64,000 nucleotides of DNA from Botryllus schlosseri (taxonomy: Eukaryota). This document shows positions 24,371 through 38,195 of the stretch, one piece after another (position 1 is the stretch's first letter; each line of letters starts with the position of its first letter). Below the pieces are notes generated by a model, which did not search any database, was not told where the DNA came from, and saw only the letters and a list, made by a program, of their open reading frames with translations. The position numbers were made by a program, and so were the translations under genes. The stretch is taken from positions 33,420,001 through 33,484,000 of the forward strand of contig CM119371.1 of assembly GCA_051294905.1 (NCBI GenBank), read 5' to 3'.

Positions 24371-25225
24371 TCGCAATTATGAGAAAACGTGTCTTCCAAC
24401 ATCCCACTTCGCATCTGCATTTGTAGAAAGATGATAGGCGATGATGAAACCTTTGCACAAAATGATAGACGCCTCTACGCCGGAATCTACGATATTTATA
24501 TGTCTAAGCACCAAATATTCCTGTCCTTGTCAAATGAGCCCAGCGGCATACAGAGGCGACCCTCAATATATGCAAGGGACATAGGTATTGGCCGAACTCA
24601 TTCATTATAACTTAGAAAAATGTTAGCGGTTGGCGCGGTTAGTTTACGAGTGCACTTTGCACTTTTCATGACACAATTGTCATCGATTTTGATGCGTAAT
24701 AATATATGTTTTCGTATCGTCCGGCTCGCTCCAATCGGACGACTAAGGAAAGGACATCAAAATTCAACATCCAAGTGACCCGTGCAATGATTCCCAAATC
24801 TCATGTGGTCCTTTGGCCGAAAATGTTGGCGCCAGGTATTGGGCAAAAAAAAACAATAGCTGCCTCAAAACTGAACTTTTCGGGCTTTCGCCGTAACGAT
24901 ATCAGTGACAATATCCTAAAAATCAAGTTTTTGAACGTAGTCCTTTTCTATAAAAAGAATGGATAGAGGTGATAGCCGATCCTGATTCACGGTAGAACGT
25001 AAATAAGCTCCTCTTACGGCTCGCAATTGAAACAGAAATGGTCAGACACGAATGGTGTCGAAACCAGTAGGTGTGCGTTAAGTAACCACTGTAAAAGAGG
25101 GAATGCTGTGGCATTACGATCAAAAGTGGTTTCTCTGCCCGCAGCAGCCTTTTAAATCTGTCAATTCCCGCATCAAACAGCAATTTAACAATAGAATAAT
25201 GTTCTTAATCGAAAGCTATTGTTGT

Positions 25226-25509
25226 CGTTTGTTTGTTTGTTTGGGCCTTGGGGTATTCATGGTGATTGTCTACAGCATCGTTCATTTACACCAGCCCGAT
25301 TTTCTGCATTTTCTGATTCCGTATGTGCCGACTTGTAGCACGGCCAACTTCCACGCGTTTTGTAAGACACCCTTTCGCGGATGAAGTGGCGAGGAGGAGC
25401 CTAGATAAACCTACTACACTTAGGCAGGAATTCTGAAGTCGACCTCGGTCGGACGCGACCCCACAACCCACAGCAGCCATGGATTACACCACTGCGCTAT
25501 CTCGCCGCC
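25226..25509 (-). mobile_element. tRNA-derived SINE copy
   Basis: Minus-strand head GGCGGCGAGATAGCGCAGTGGTGTAATCC (A-box-like), the shared body, and a (CAAA)n tail. Confidence 0.85.
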
Positions 25510-25519
25510 TTGTTGTTGT

Positions 25520-25940
25520 TAGTATTGTACATATGAGGTTAGGCTACGATGGCCTTTTACACCAGGTCTTAAGAATCTGACAAAGCCATTAGCGGCACAA
25601 CTTTCAGCCGGAGTGGATAGCGAATTCAGCCACTTGTAGTAAAATCCGTGGATCTGATAACAGTTTTGTGAACTGAAACGGTATGAGCCCTAGATTCGCC
25701 GCTGTCGTCTTCAAGTGATCGCGGTGGGTCGGATAGCGTTCGCAATGAATTAAAAAGTTTTCGACCGTCTCGTCGATATCGCACGCATCGCACAAACTCG
25801 TCTCGTGACATCCGATTCTGCGAAGGTGCCAGTTCGGATTCTACAGTGGCCCGTTTGCAATCTTATCAGAATTGATGAGATTGTTCGTGAGGATATGCTG
25901 CAGCTTGGCATGATTGGCCGTACGGAGGTGAACCGCAATA
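25520..25940 (-). mobile_element. 3' fragment of a non-LTR retrotransposon (I-group-like C-terminal cysteine-rich region)
   Basis: ILIRLQTGHCRI...CDACDIDETVENFLIHCERY fits the RLxTGH...CxxC...ET..H.L..C..Y motif at the end of ORF2 in RNase H-bearing LINEs. Confidence 0.75.
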
Positions 25941-27162
25941 TATGTAAGTGGCATTAGCGTAAAACATCGAGCGCTGTTGCATTACGATAAAAAGTGGTTT
26001 CATTGCTTCGCACCAGCATCTTTAATACGTCAATTTACGCATCAAACTTCAATGTAATAATAGAATACTGTTCTCAATCGAAAGCTACTGTTGTCGCTTT
26101 GATTCCGGCTGGTCGGGACAACGGAACCACCGCAAAATAGCCGTCCAAGTTTTAAAATCGGCATTATTTCGAATATTCGCTCGATACAATATCCATTATC
26201 ATGGTCATAGTGTTGTGTCGCTCCGATTAATCGGAGCAATCGGCCTTGCCTGCTATTTCGGAATGATTCCATTGACATGCTCACATTCTAATTTGTGTTT
26301 TTGGAATCAGTGCGACACTAGATTTCGATCGACACCATTTGAGTAAATTTGAGCTTTTGGGTATAGACAGCTGCTGGACTACCAAGTATGCGCTCCTTTC
26401 GGCCGGTTGTGTTGTGCACTGTGCAGCCCCATTTTGCCCCCCCCCCTTGGAGCCTGCTTCCCCTGGCGCATAGCCATAACCGCCAAGTGGCTGCTACGCC
26501 ACTGCGTGTGATTGAACTAACCACTGTAAAATATCAAACGCTGTTATATCACGATCAAACTATAGATAACTAACCTACGGATAGATGCGCAACACATGAT
26601 TCACGGTCGAGTGATGCTACAGTCGACAGTTCATAGCATGATACGGCAACGTATTTGCAAATCCAATAGATGACGACCCGAGTGCTATGAAGCCCGTCTT
26701 TTTGAAATGTCGATTCAATGTCTGATATTTCCGATAAAATAAAAATTAATGCTATGCCTAAAAGAATGCATCCTAGTTCAGTAGGCCTACGGTTCTTAAT
26801 ATTAAATGACATGGGAGCCCTGCGCCAAAGCTGGGCGATTATTTTTCTGAGAATTACAAGCAGGAAATAGGTCGATGGCTAAGTCAAAAGTTGGCACTAT
26901 ATGCAGTGTATGAATTCTAAAATGTCGTTAGTCTGAGTTTTAGTTCTAGTTGCGGGTTTGGAAAAGTGAGTAGTTCTACATTCAGTTGTTGATTTTGAGA
27001 AGTGAGTAGTTCTAGGTTTAGTTGCGGATTTTCAGCAGTTGTTTTGCAGTTCTTGTTTTAGCTATCGTTCCTGGTTTGAAAAAATGAGTAGCTCTAGTTC
27101 TAGTTCTAGTTCTAGTTGCCCTTTTTGCATATCGAGTAGTTTGTACAAGTCTGTGTATGAGT

Positions 27163-27581
27163 CAGGGTTGTAACCAAATCACAAAGCTTCGAGTCACAAG
27201 TCAATCTCACTTGTACAATGTTGAATCGAGTCATCTCCAATTCACCACGAGTCAAGTCAGGGTGCAGAGGGTCAAGTCCTAGTCATAGTATGATGATCCG
27301 AGTCCGAGTCTATGTCATTGTGTTGACTGCTCAGTTTCATCTTGAAGTCATTTTCAAGTACCAGTATAGGCCTACCAATGGACGAGATCCCGACAGTATG
27401 GTCACTTTACTATTCTTCGAAATTTCAATGAAATTTCGATCTTGGTCGTCTGAGTCACGAGTCATATGACTTGGTTCGAGTCATGAACCGTATTTTGAGA
27501 AAATGACTCGAGTCGAGTCATCAAAAAGTCGTGACTCGCGTCAGATTCGTGTCAAGTCATGACTCGAGTCATAAAACCCTG
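27163..27581. mobile_element. hAT-like MITE rich in GACTCGAGTC motifs
   Basis: Ends cagggttgt / aaaaccctg, with a degenerate 8-bp TSD gtatgagt/atatgagc. It is a reverse-orientation relative of the element starting at 27616. Confidence 0.7.
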
Positions 27582-28042
27582 ATATGAGCCCGTGCTCAAT
27601 GGTTGTTATAGCAACCAGGGTTGAAATGACTCGAGTGAAGACTTGACTTGAGTCGAGTCATTTTTTCAAAATACGGAAATGACTCGACTCGACTCGAGTC
27701 AATCTGTGTATTGACTTCACTTGGACTCGATTCATTCCGCATGACTCGAACCAAGTCATATGACTCGAGACTCAGACGACCAAGACCGACACTTCATTGT
27801 AATTTCAAAGAATAGTATTGTCACCGCACTATTGGGATTTCATCTATTGGTGCTGGTACTTGAAAATGCAACCAAAAATGTTCGAAGTGTGAAAAGTTAG
27901 TATATTATAAATTCGAACCATTCAATATAACCAAACAGACTTATAAAAAGTTGGTTTACCAAGACTTTAACTGAGCAGTCAACACAATGACTTGGACTCA
28001 GACTCGGTTCATAATACCATAACTCGGACTCGGATTTGACAC

Positions 28043-30281
28043 CAGGGCTTTGGAGCAGCCGTAAATTTGCATTGTTCCAGCTCCAGCTCCGGCTCCGGAG
28101 CTTTCTTCTATCATACATTAGCTCCGGCTCCAGCTCCGGAGCCGCTTTGTTACCGCTGCTCTGGCTCCAGCTGCGGCTCCGAAAACTATCGAAGGTGTCT
28201 GTCTATATCAGGGGTGGGCAATCGCGTCCTGCCGGGCCATATGTGGCCCGCGAGAAGGTTTTGAGTAGCCCGCGAGCTAATTTCCCATTATTCTGTTATA
28301 TTATCTAAATTGAATTGCTAAGATTGTGAACTTGCAATACCAACGAAAAATATAAATAGTATGGCCGCGACACTTGGGATTTTGATGACTAAAATATCAG
28401 TTCCGACGCATTGGCATATACAGGGTCCAGCTGTCACATTTTTAATAAATACTCGTACATTACAATAAACTAAAAAAGTAGTAAAATTTTACTTAACGCT
28501 TCGCGTGTTTAATTGTCACACGATTTCTTTCTCTGTAGCCTACCCCCAACTGAAAATCAAAAAAACGCCTGATTTAACCGATTGAGTCTAACGATATTCG
28601 CAATTACGAGAGAAAGTATATTTGCGTTTGCGCTCGTAGTCAGATCGTCGACGATGAAATGCAGGCACAAAATGATTGTCGTATATTAGCGGAAATCTTC
28701 GATATCGATATGTCCAGATACAGTCCCGCCCTTGCAAACCAAGCCCAGCGGGCGGTAAACAGTCGACCCGCAATATACCCAAGTAATATTAATATTATCT
28801 TTGAAAATTTTACGCGCCTGGAGCGGCTAGTGGGCAACGCACTCGTTAGTCAATTTCATGTGGCCCTTTAGCCGAAATGGTTGGACACCTTTGGTCTATA
28901 TAAATTACTAATTTACTCGTATGTTAGTTATCTATATAGTAATCTAGAGTCTGTCAGCCGTCAGTAACATCGGGTGCAGAAACGAAGACGTAGGTGCCGC
29001 CGTTCCGGCTTGTGACGACATAATGATTACTTGTCTATTGTCGATAACATCACAGTTGCACTAGAACGCACTTTTCTCCGTGCCATTGTTGTGTAGGCTA
29101 CATCATTAAAATTCTGATGCGGCGTTTTAACACTGGCACTGTACTCGTTAAGATTAAGCCATAAAGATCAATTCAATCTTTAAATGTGCGATTATTATTC
29201 AATTGTAATTGTAGTAAGAACAATATGGGCGGATATAACGACGTGATCAATAGAAATTCGATTTGTACCAAATGGACAATGGTTTGACGTTCGATATTGG
29301 TGCACTCGTTAGCAGTCCATCCGGTGTCGATCAAGTTTGCCGGAAGATAATATTTTCCCGTTGAAACGAATCGAATAATCGAATTAAACACTGTGCGTTG
29401 CACATTGCGCAATGCCCATAACTAGTTAAACTATGCAGTATATGCACATTGCACATTTACAAGTTTACGAAACAGAAGATTACAAATTGGAAATCACGTA
29501 TCAAATCAGTAATTTGTCGCCAACATAAATACCATGGAGTTTCGGGCTACTCTTCTGCCATCCCCTATTTACTCTCGAAAATCCTTATTGGAGTGAATGA
29601 CGATGATGCGCAGTAATGTATTCCAATTAGCATGCATAATTGCATACTGAATAACACTGTCCAATTTCGCAATCCGATTAAAAAACTATCACAAAGGAAC
29701 GAGTATTTGCTCATCCGATTCATAGCAACGATGAGATGGAGTTTCTATAGGCTCGTGCTCATCATATCGACATGTGCAACGGGATCACGTTTTTATCCTC
29801 TCTCCCATTTCGCGCAATACATAGTGATCATTATTTTTGAACCGTGTACAATTGGCCAACAAGGTTGTGCTGATGATGAAATTGCGGGTATGCCGAATAT
29901 CCACAATATTCACAGGCATATTTCGCATACCGAGGTTCGGCACTACTGTATGAAAATTGAAAATTGAACATACGACTGCTCTGCTGTTAAATCCCCAGGA
30001 ACATGGTCAGTCGAAAAAGGTAGCGCCAAAGAGGAAAATATTCCTAATTTCGCGAAGGCCTGCTGTTGAAATATATGAACTCAGCAGATATGGTTGTTGC
30101 ATATATAATAGCATTTTATGAAATACGTCGGAGCCGGAGCTACCCCTCAAATAACTGGCTCCAGCTCCGGCTCCGGCTCCGGCTGAATTTTATGTAGAGC
30201 TCCGGATCCTGCTCCAGATCCGGTATAATTGCACTGCTCCGGGGCTCCGGCTCCGGGTTCCGGCTCCGGCTCCAAAGCCTG
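28043..30281. mobile_element. hAT-like MITE with (GGCTCC)n subterminal repeats, middle layer of the nest
   Basis: TIRs cagggctttggagc / gctccaaagcctg and TSD tttgacac/cttgacac (7 of 8). Confidence 0.85.
28209..28893. mobile_element. hAT-type MITE, inner layer of the nest
   Basis: Ends caggggtgggcaa / ttggacacctttg and a perfect 8-bp TSD GTCTATAT (28201-28208, 28894-28901). Confidence 0.85.
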
Positions 30282-31140
30282 CTTGACACCGTGTTGAAAT
30301 GAAAATGACTCGAGTTAAAACTAGGAAAGTGTGATTGACTTGTGACTCGGAACCTTGTGACTTGGTTACAACCCTGATAGCAACTTACATTTGATCATCC
30401 GGAATATAGCATACACAATTATTATAGCGCTAATTAGTCGAGTGGTCTTCGGGCGCCATTCAAGAGCTAAATATTTCCACCGCCTCAACGCAATTTATCT
30501 GATACGAAGGAATAATACCCATTTAGTAATAATAATTTATCACTTTATCGGCGCACCATATCACTGTTATTTACTTATCACACTTGGATATATTTTCATT
30601 ATGGAATGATGTTACCCTGAGTATATAATGTTGTTTTCGGGGTTAAGAAGAGACTCTTCTACGCTCACGACAATAACGTATCCGAATCAACTGTATTGTG
30701 CGACTCTGTGGATTGAGAATTCACTACCAAGACAGCAGCGGACTCAAGGTAAAATTACCGCTAAATTGCAACCCATAATGTCCGGTTAGCTACCATTGTA
30801 CTTCAGGCACAGCAAGTTCGTCAATTTGCTGCAGCTGTGTCTGCGATAGTCTTGAACACGGAATAAACTAGAAGCATGCGTGTGAACGCCTACGTTGAGA
30901 AATATTCTGGTCAATTTACAGAACATATAGGCTTCTAAGACATCGGGGGCCGACCCTTTTTGCTATTGACGGCCGCATATCAATTACTTTTCCACATTCC
31001 AGGGCATATCCGCAATGAACTAAATCAGCGGTTCTCAACCTTTTTTGACACGTGCCCCCCTTGGCGATGGTCAAAAAAAATCGCGCCCACCGACCCCCCT
31101 TACATTTATTGTCATGTCAAAAAGAGCACATCATCTAATA

Positions 31141-31640
31141 CAGAGGTGGGCAACCTTCCTCCATTTCGGTTACTTATGTAGCCTAAGGCCGCATTCCAGG
31201 GCATAGCCGCAATGAACGATCTGGACGCAAAATACTTATGGTGAACTGTCCATATCCATTCCCGCTGAACTCCATACTATTCTACTTCTCACAACGGCCT
31301 ATTGTACGCACCGATATCGCGAGTGGCAATGTTATGAATAGTTGCTTGGAGTGCGTATTGTCGCGCTGAGCGCGAAACCTTTTCAGAGCCGCGAATGAAT
31401 TGTTATTTCTTGAGGATTCCAAACCTGCTCCAATTAAGAAGGGCGCTATTGCATCAAAATCGAAAAATGTAGTCTTGTTGAATTGCGCGGAACACGAGGA
31501 AAATTTCAAGATTAAATAAAATCTCTCGAAAATTCGGGAGTGAATTCGTAATTGCAATTTGCATTTCTACGGCTGCCAACACATACTAATTGAATTAGGC
31601 GTCGACGGCCGCATGCGGCCGTACGGGCTGCCCACTCCTG
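31141..31640. mobile_element. hAT-type MITE
   Basis: TIRs cagaggtgggcaacc / ggctgcccactcctg and TSD atctaata/atataata. It is inserted ~115 bp inside another hAT-like end (cagcggttctcaacc at ~31026). Confidence 0.8.
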
Positions 31641-32723
31641 ATATAATAGTATACATAAGGTATATCTTACGCCAATTTTGAATCCGCATTACAGTTGTTT
31701 AGTCTTTTACATCGCTGACAAACTTCCACAAACTTGTTTGAAAATAACAAAAAAACATTGAAAAGGACATCAACGAATTTCAAGGTAGGTTGCACTGAGA
31801 CTAATCCTGATGCTGGTAGTGACTACAGAGAGCACAGGGTCGTTCTGTCCTGCCATGCTAAATTTGATCAGTTTTGGAAATGAATTAAATTGTGTTGATT
31901 TATAGCCAATTGAGGACGACACCAAGCAACCTATATTGCATTTAAGTCTGTCTTAGGCAGTGTAGTCCGCCAGCAAACAACAATAGCGACCTAGCGCACA
32001 GAGATTTAGGCTACTGCCAAAGCTATAAAGTAATGAATGACTTGCACGTAGGAATTCCACTTAATCTTCAAAGATTATCAGAAATTTGCTCAAATGAAGT
32101 TGAAGTCAGCCTATACTCCGTTGAGCGCGACTGCCGGAGTTTGAGTTTGTCAAGCTTTCTCTAATACGAATTGAGTTTAATCTTCAATAATCGTATCTTC
32201 AAAATGGTTGTGAAACACATGTTTAGTCACAATTTATACAGACATTGACAAAATTGACAAAAAAATTGACTAATCTACTTTTTCATATCGTCTTACTGTA
32301 CGCACCGAAATCCTGATTGGTCCCGTTTGGAATGGTTCCTTGGATTCGTTATGGTTATGCGAACATTTTTTCAGATTCACGATTGAATTACGTCTCATAT
32401 TAGTAGATACACATATTGCTATCAAATATTTAATATTTTTCAGTCCATGTATATAGATTCACTGGGAGAGTTGTATGGGTTGATCGATTGTTATTAGTCA
32501 CTTTGTTGTTTCTCCTTGACCTCCCATCACGATTGTTGGTAGTGGAAAGATCGGAATCGCCTATGCGTAACAAAAACAAATTTCTTTAGAGAGGAACATT
32601 GTCTGCCAAGTCTTATTACGTTGTGGGGCTCATCATTTTCTTCTGCTGTTCGCATATGTACTGTGAAGCTAAAATCGATCGAATGAAGTCGCATTGAATC
32701 GCGAAGAAAATCTCAAGATTACT

Positions 32724-32997
<274 letters not shown>

Positions 32998-34222
32998 ACC
33001 ATGGCGCTAGATGTCAATAGTTTCTAAGTGCTTAGTGCTCAGAATTTCACATCCCTTGGTCGATTTGAGGGGATTCCGGTATTCAGGCATTGTTAATATT
33101 TGGATTTACGGAATCAGTGCGTCGATACCATTTGATTGATGCTAGTTATTATAAATTCTCTGCTGTCCATGATGAATTGCGTTATCGAGGTGAGGCACGA
33201 CTGGCAATTAACTTATACTCGTCCAGACGACAGGTGAGGTATTGCCTCAATCCCCTTCCTGACCGCACGTCACTGAGATGATCCCTCCGCAGTACCATGC
33301 TTATATACATGACCGTAACAAAACTTCGCCCATCCCCTAAAACGTTGGTCTTGGCCCCATATGATGATAAACCGAACATCAGAGGGGCTTCGCCCTCAGA
33401 CCCCCTTAGGCTGCACGCTGTTTACTGCTACTTGTCAGCTACATTGGAGGCCGTTTACTGAGTCCGCCTTTCTGACCTTAACGCCCTAAGCGCGAAAAAT
33501 GTCTATAATCCATGATTGAATCCGTCAATGTGATCGGGCATTGCGTATATATTGCTATCGATTTTTATCCTCTCTCTGCTCCCATAATCAGAGTTACAGG
33601 TAGAGCTGAGTGAGGTGTGTTTGAAAAGGTAGGACCCACCGCAATAATAATTGAACATCTGCAAGCGTATACCCGTGATCACGAACGAGATAGCACTTCC
33701 TCAGCCTCTCCACAAAATTTGGGTCTTGGGCTCCCCTAGGGTGATAAACCTACCCCAAATCACGTTGTTCGTTGTCCACGAAATTAGACGAACTGATTAG
33801 TGAGCCAGCGCCAAGCGCAAATTTTTTAGATAATTCATGATAAAATCGGTCAATAAGATCGGGAATTGCATATATATTGCAATCAATTTCTTGTCCCCTC
33901 TGCTCACGTAATGAGATTTACCGGTAGAGCTGACCGAGGTGTCTTTGAAACTGTATGGCCCGTTGGTATGACTCCGTATCATGATGTGATTTCGTGACGT
34001 CCTTCGTACCTGCGGGATGGTATTTGTCTTTTGAGTTTGGTTGCTAAGACAGGAACATTCAGCGGCAGTCATTTAGGTGCCTGTGGACAATTAAAAATAT
34101 ATGTATTTTGTGTATATAACGAAGTTTTCGGTCATCATATGGGTAGTCCTATTCGACCAAGGTTTTCTCGCTGCCAATCGTTTTGGCACACTTCTTGGAG
34201 TCGCATGTTACATGGCCTAAAA

Positions 34223-34993
34223 CACTGGTTCTCAACCTTTTTTTCTTCGCGGACCGCTTTTGGACAACAACGGACCCGTTCAAAATTAGCTCAATTATCG
34301 CTCAACCGTCATCTATCTCGTGCAAATACTGATTGTAGGCTGGTGATGAACAGCGACAAAATGACTTTTCTTGAAAATAGCATCACAGTATATGTAGAAA
34401 TTTGATATATTTCTATTAATTAGTAGCTAATTTTGCAGCTGTATTTATTGTCTTAAAAATCCGTGACTTCGATTGGATATGAACGAGTGCCAAAAATCCA
34501 TTGTAATATTAATGCGCAACGCTTTCGACGCCATGTTTTTGGTGTGTGTTTTTAATAAACATATCACGTCCAGCCTAGTCGTTTATATCTGTCATCTGAA
34601 CTTGTTATTTAGTGGTTATATCACAGGAGTAAAGGGATTCATTGGCGAGGTTTCAATTCCTTCATTGGGACAGATTAGGAAAATAAATGAGGAAGTTATA
34701 TTTCAAACGACTGTTTGCTAATTTGATGAGACTTTTTGACAACTCCAAATCCAGAATGCTACCTCTAACATTTCATTTTTCCACAGACCCCAACAAAACA
34801 TTTGTAAACAGTAGGATGTGTCATCTCAGACGACCATTTTAATGATGTGAGTCCTAAACTTTTAGCAATTATGAAGCGAAACCGTCATGCCTTTCCTAAT
34901 ATAAAAAATAGGTTATCATTCACGTTACAAATTTAGAGGTTTCGCGGACCCCCTGAAAACGCTTCGTTGACTCCCGGATGAGGAGAACCACTG
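34223..34993. mobile_element. hAT-type MITE
   Basis: Ends cactggttctcaacc / gaggagaaccactg with gcggacc subterminal motifs. The TSD is degenerate (gcctaaaa/atctaaac). Confidence 0.65.
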
Positions 34994-35794
34994 ATCTAAA
35001 CCTTCATAGGTCTTGGTGCACCGTGGTGCGGTAATGGCCAACGCCGATATGCCCATTTCTATAAATCTTGCGTATTTTTTCTTGGGGGAAGAGTACCCCA
35101 AAATTAAGATATTTGGCAACTGGAAATCGCGAAAATCAAAATTGTGTTCTGTGCATCCTTCAATAATTTGAAATCTTTTTATATCTGAAAACTCCTCAAA
35201 TTATGAATGACTTTTTTAGAGAGACACACATTGAGCAAGCACATGCATTGCAGATTGCACCAAAGCCACCCATGGCATGTATAATTTTACTGTCTTAAAT
35301 TAGAACTTCTATGAGTAAGTTTCTGTGTCTTCATTCTACACTCAGCTCAGATAAGTGTTCTTGAGATGGTCTATCCACAATGTCTGAATCTCAAAAACTT
35401 CAGATATTAAATACTAAACCAGCTAACAGAACACAGGTCTGTACAAATATCAGTAATAATCACCCACGTTACAAGAACTGCTGCAGAGACTTTATTAAGC
35501 GTCTAACCGTCGAAGCGGCTAGACGCGAAAGACACAGGAGCAACACAAGACATCACTACTATAACAGGTAGCGGTATAGAGCACGACTGCCACATATCGA
35601 CTGCAATTGTACATGTGAATATTCCTATGCATTTTATGAAACGTCCATGAATTTACGTCAGGAAATATTGGAGAACAAAATCGACTAATTGGACGGAGAT
35701 GAAAAAAAAAACGTTTTTCAGATACTTGAATGTATTACATGTTAATGAATTCACCATTGGAGTACCCCTTCGTATATGTTGTCCCCCATGCATT

Positions 35795-36730
35795 TCATCC
35801 ATGATTGTTGCTGCCAGTATGCACATTCATATGTCGCTGAATGTGATTCTTCCGAGTAAACGCCCTCCCACATAAATCACATTTATGATTTTTGATGCCA
35901 GCATGTATATACATATGAAGCTTTAGGTGACTATTCTGAGAAAATGCTTTTCCACATACATCACATTCATGATTGTTGTCACCAGCATGCATATCCATAT
36001 AGATCTTGAGCTCACGCTTTCCAAAAATTGCTTTAACACATACATCACATTCTCACTTTGTGATGCCTGCGTGTATATCCATATGAGGCTGGAGTCGACA
36101 CTTATGACTGAATGCTTTTCCACATATATCGCATTCATGACTTTTGATTCATCAACGTTTTTTTTTCATATGTAGCATGAGGCTATTCTTGTGAGTGAAT
36201 TCTCCCCCACATACTTCACATTTATGTTTTTTGATGACAGCATATATCTTCATGTGAAGCCAGAGGTTATTCTTATGGGCGAATACCTGGCCACATATAT
36301 CATATTTAACACTTTTTCTGCAATCATGCGTATCCATATAACGACTGAGGTCAATTTTCTGAGTAAATGCTTTCCCACATACATCACATTGATGATTTTT
36401 GATGCCATCATGCATATCCATATGACGACTGAGGTCATCCTTCCGAGTAAATGCCTTTCCACATAAATCAGATTTTTAATGCCTGAATGCATCTCCATAT
36501 GAAATTTAGCACATTCTTCATAATGAATGGCTTACCGCAAACATCACATTCGTGCTTTTAACACCAGCATGCATATCCATATGATACTTGAGGACATGTT
36601 TATGAGTAAATGTTTTCCCACATACATCACATTCATGGTTTTTGTTGCCAGCATGCATATTCATATGAAACTTGAGGTCACCCTCTCGAGTAAAAGCTCT
36701 CCCACATACATCACATACCCATATGGTGTT
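35795..36730 (-). pseudogene. Frameshifted continuation of the C2H2 array (~11 further fingers, several degenerate)
   Basis: Fingers continue in shifting frames (ORFs 36518-36826, 36152-36421, 35795-35998), ending ...KCDLCGRAFTRKNHIQRHMNVHTGSNNHG*. Confidence 0.8.
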
Positions 36731-38195
36731 TTTTAACACCAGCATGCATATCCATATGATACTTGAGGACATGTTTATGAGTAAATGTTTTCCCACATAC
36801 ATCACATTTTTGTCTTTTGTTGCCATTGTGCATATTCATATGTCGCCTGAGGACACCCTTCTCAGAAAATGCTTTCCCACATACATCACATTCATGATTT
36901 TTGATGCCAGCATGCATATCCATATGACGTTTGATGTTACCATACTGAGTAAATACTTTTCCACATATATCACATTTATGTCTTTTGATGCCAGTGTGCA
37001 TATTCATATGTCGCGTGAAGTCACCCTTCTCAGAAAATGCTTTCCCACATACATCACATTCATGATTTTTGATGCCAGCGTGCATGTCCATATGATGCTT
37101 GAGGGCAGTCTTCCGCGCGAATGCTTTATCACATACATGGCATTTATGATTTTGGATGCCAGTATGCATATTCATATGCCGCTTGAGGTAACCCATCCTA
37201 GGAAATGCTTTCCCACATACAGTACACCCATGATTTTCAATGTCACAATGGACATCCATATGACTCTTGAGTCCGCCCTTCGTGGTAAATGCTTTCCCGC
37301 ATACATCACACCCATGATTTTTGATGCCAGCATGCATATTCATATGAAGCTTGAGGTCACCCTTCCGAGTAAATGATTTTCCACATACATCACATCCGTG
37401 ATCTTTGATGCCAGCATGCATATCCATATGACGTTTGATGTGACCATACTGAGTAAATGCTTTTCCACATACATCACATTCATGATTTTTGATGTCAGCA
37501 TGCATGTCCATATGAAGCTTGAGGTTAGTCTTCCACACGAATGCTTTATCACATACATGGCATTTATGATTTTGGATGCCAGTGTGCATATTCATATGCA
37601 GCTTGAGGTAACCCATCCTAGTAAATGCTTTCCCACATACAGTACACCAATGATTTTCAATGCCACAATGCACATCCATATGACTCTTGAGGTCGCCCTT
37701 CGTGGTAAATGCTTTCCCGCATACATCGCATGTATGATTTTGGATGCCAGTATGAATATTCATATGCCGCTTGAGGTATCCCATCCTAGTAAATGCTTTC
37801 CCACATACAGTACACCCATGATTTTCAATGCCAAAATGCACATTCATATGACTCTTGAGGTGCGCCTTCCCAGTAAATGCTTTCCCGCATACATCACATT
37901 CATGATTTTTGATGCTAGCATGCATATCCATATGACCCTTGAGTTGCGCCTTCTTAGTAAATGCATTCTCACATACATCACATTTCTGATTTTTGATGCC
38001 ATCACGCATGTCTATATGACATCTGAGGTTATTCTTTAGAGTGAATGCTCTGCCACATACATCATTTATATGATTTTTCATGGGAACACGCACGTGCGTA
38101 TGAAGCTTGTCAATTTTCTGAGAAGACTCTTTCCCGGAGATATCGTTTGGGCGATCTTTCAAGCCCTGATCAACAGTTGATTTTTCAGATTCCAT
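36711..38195 (-). CDS. Tandem C2H2 zinc-finger protein (15 intact fingers + 1 degenerate in the open frame)
   Basis: Repeated CxxC-x12-H-x3-H units at 84-bp spacing, with a likely start at MESEK (38195). A canonical short intron GTGAGT...TTTTCTTCAG at 38349-38254 suggests the first ~15 codons of the ORF-track start (38300) are intronic. Confidence 0.85.
   Translation of the reverse strand: MESEKSTVDQGLKDRPNDISGKESSQKIDKLHTHVRVPMKNHINDVCGRAFTLKNNLRCHIDMRDGIKNQKCDVCENAFTKKAQLKGHMDMHASIKNHECDVCGKAFTGKAHLKSHMNVHFGIENHGCTVCGKAFTRMGYLKRHMNIHTGIQNHTCDVCGKAFTTKGDLKSHMDVHCGIENHWCTVCGKAFTRMGYLKLHMNMHTGIQNHKCHVCDKAFVWKTNLKLHMDMHADIKNHECDVCGKAFTQYGHIKRHMDMHAGIKDHGCDVCGKSFTRKGDLKLHMNMHAGIKNHGCDVCGKAFTTKGGLKSHMDVHCDIENHGCTVCGKAFPRMGYLKRHMNMHTGIQNHKCHVCDKAFARKTALKHHMDMHAGIKNHECDVCGKAFSEKGDFTRHMNMHTGIKRHKCDICGKVFTQYGNIKRHMDMHAGIKNHECDVCGKAFSEKGVLRRHMNMHNGNKRQKCDVCGKTFTHKHVLKYHMDMHAGVKKHHMGM

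Larger units (their letters stand above)
27616..30376. mobile_element. hAT-like MITE (GACTCGAGTC family), outer layer of a nest
   Basis: TIRs cagggttg / caaccctg and a perfect 8-bp TSD ATAGCAAC (27608-27615, 30377-30384). Confidence 0.9.

Noticed and set aside
36527..38039. Long plus-strand ORFs (234 aa, 213 aa) with repeating MHIHM motifs
   Set aside because: They are antisense shadows of the C2H2 zinc-finger array.
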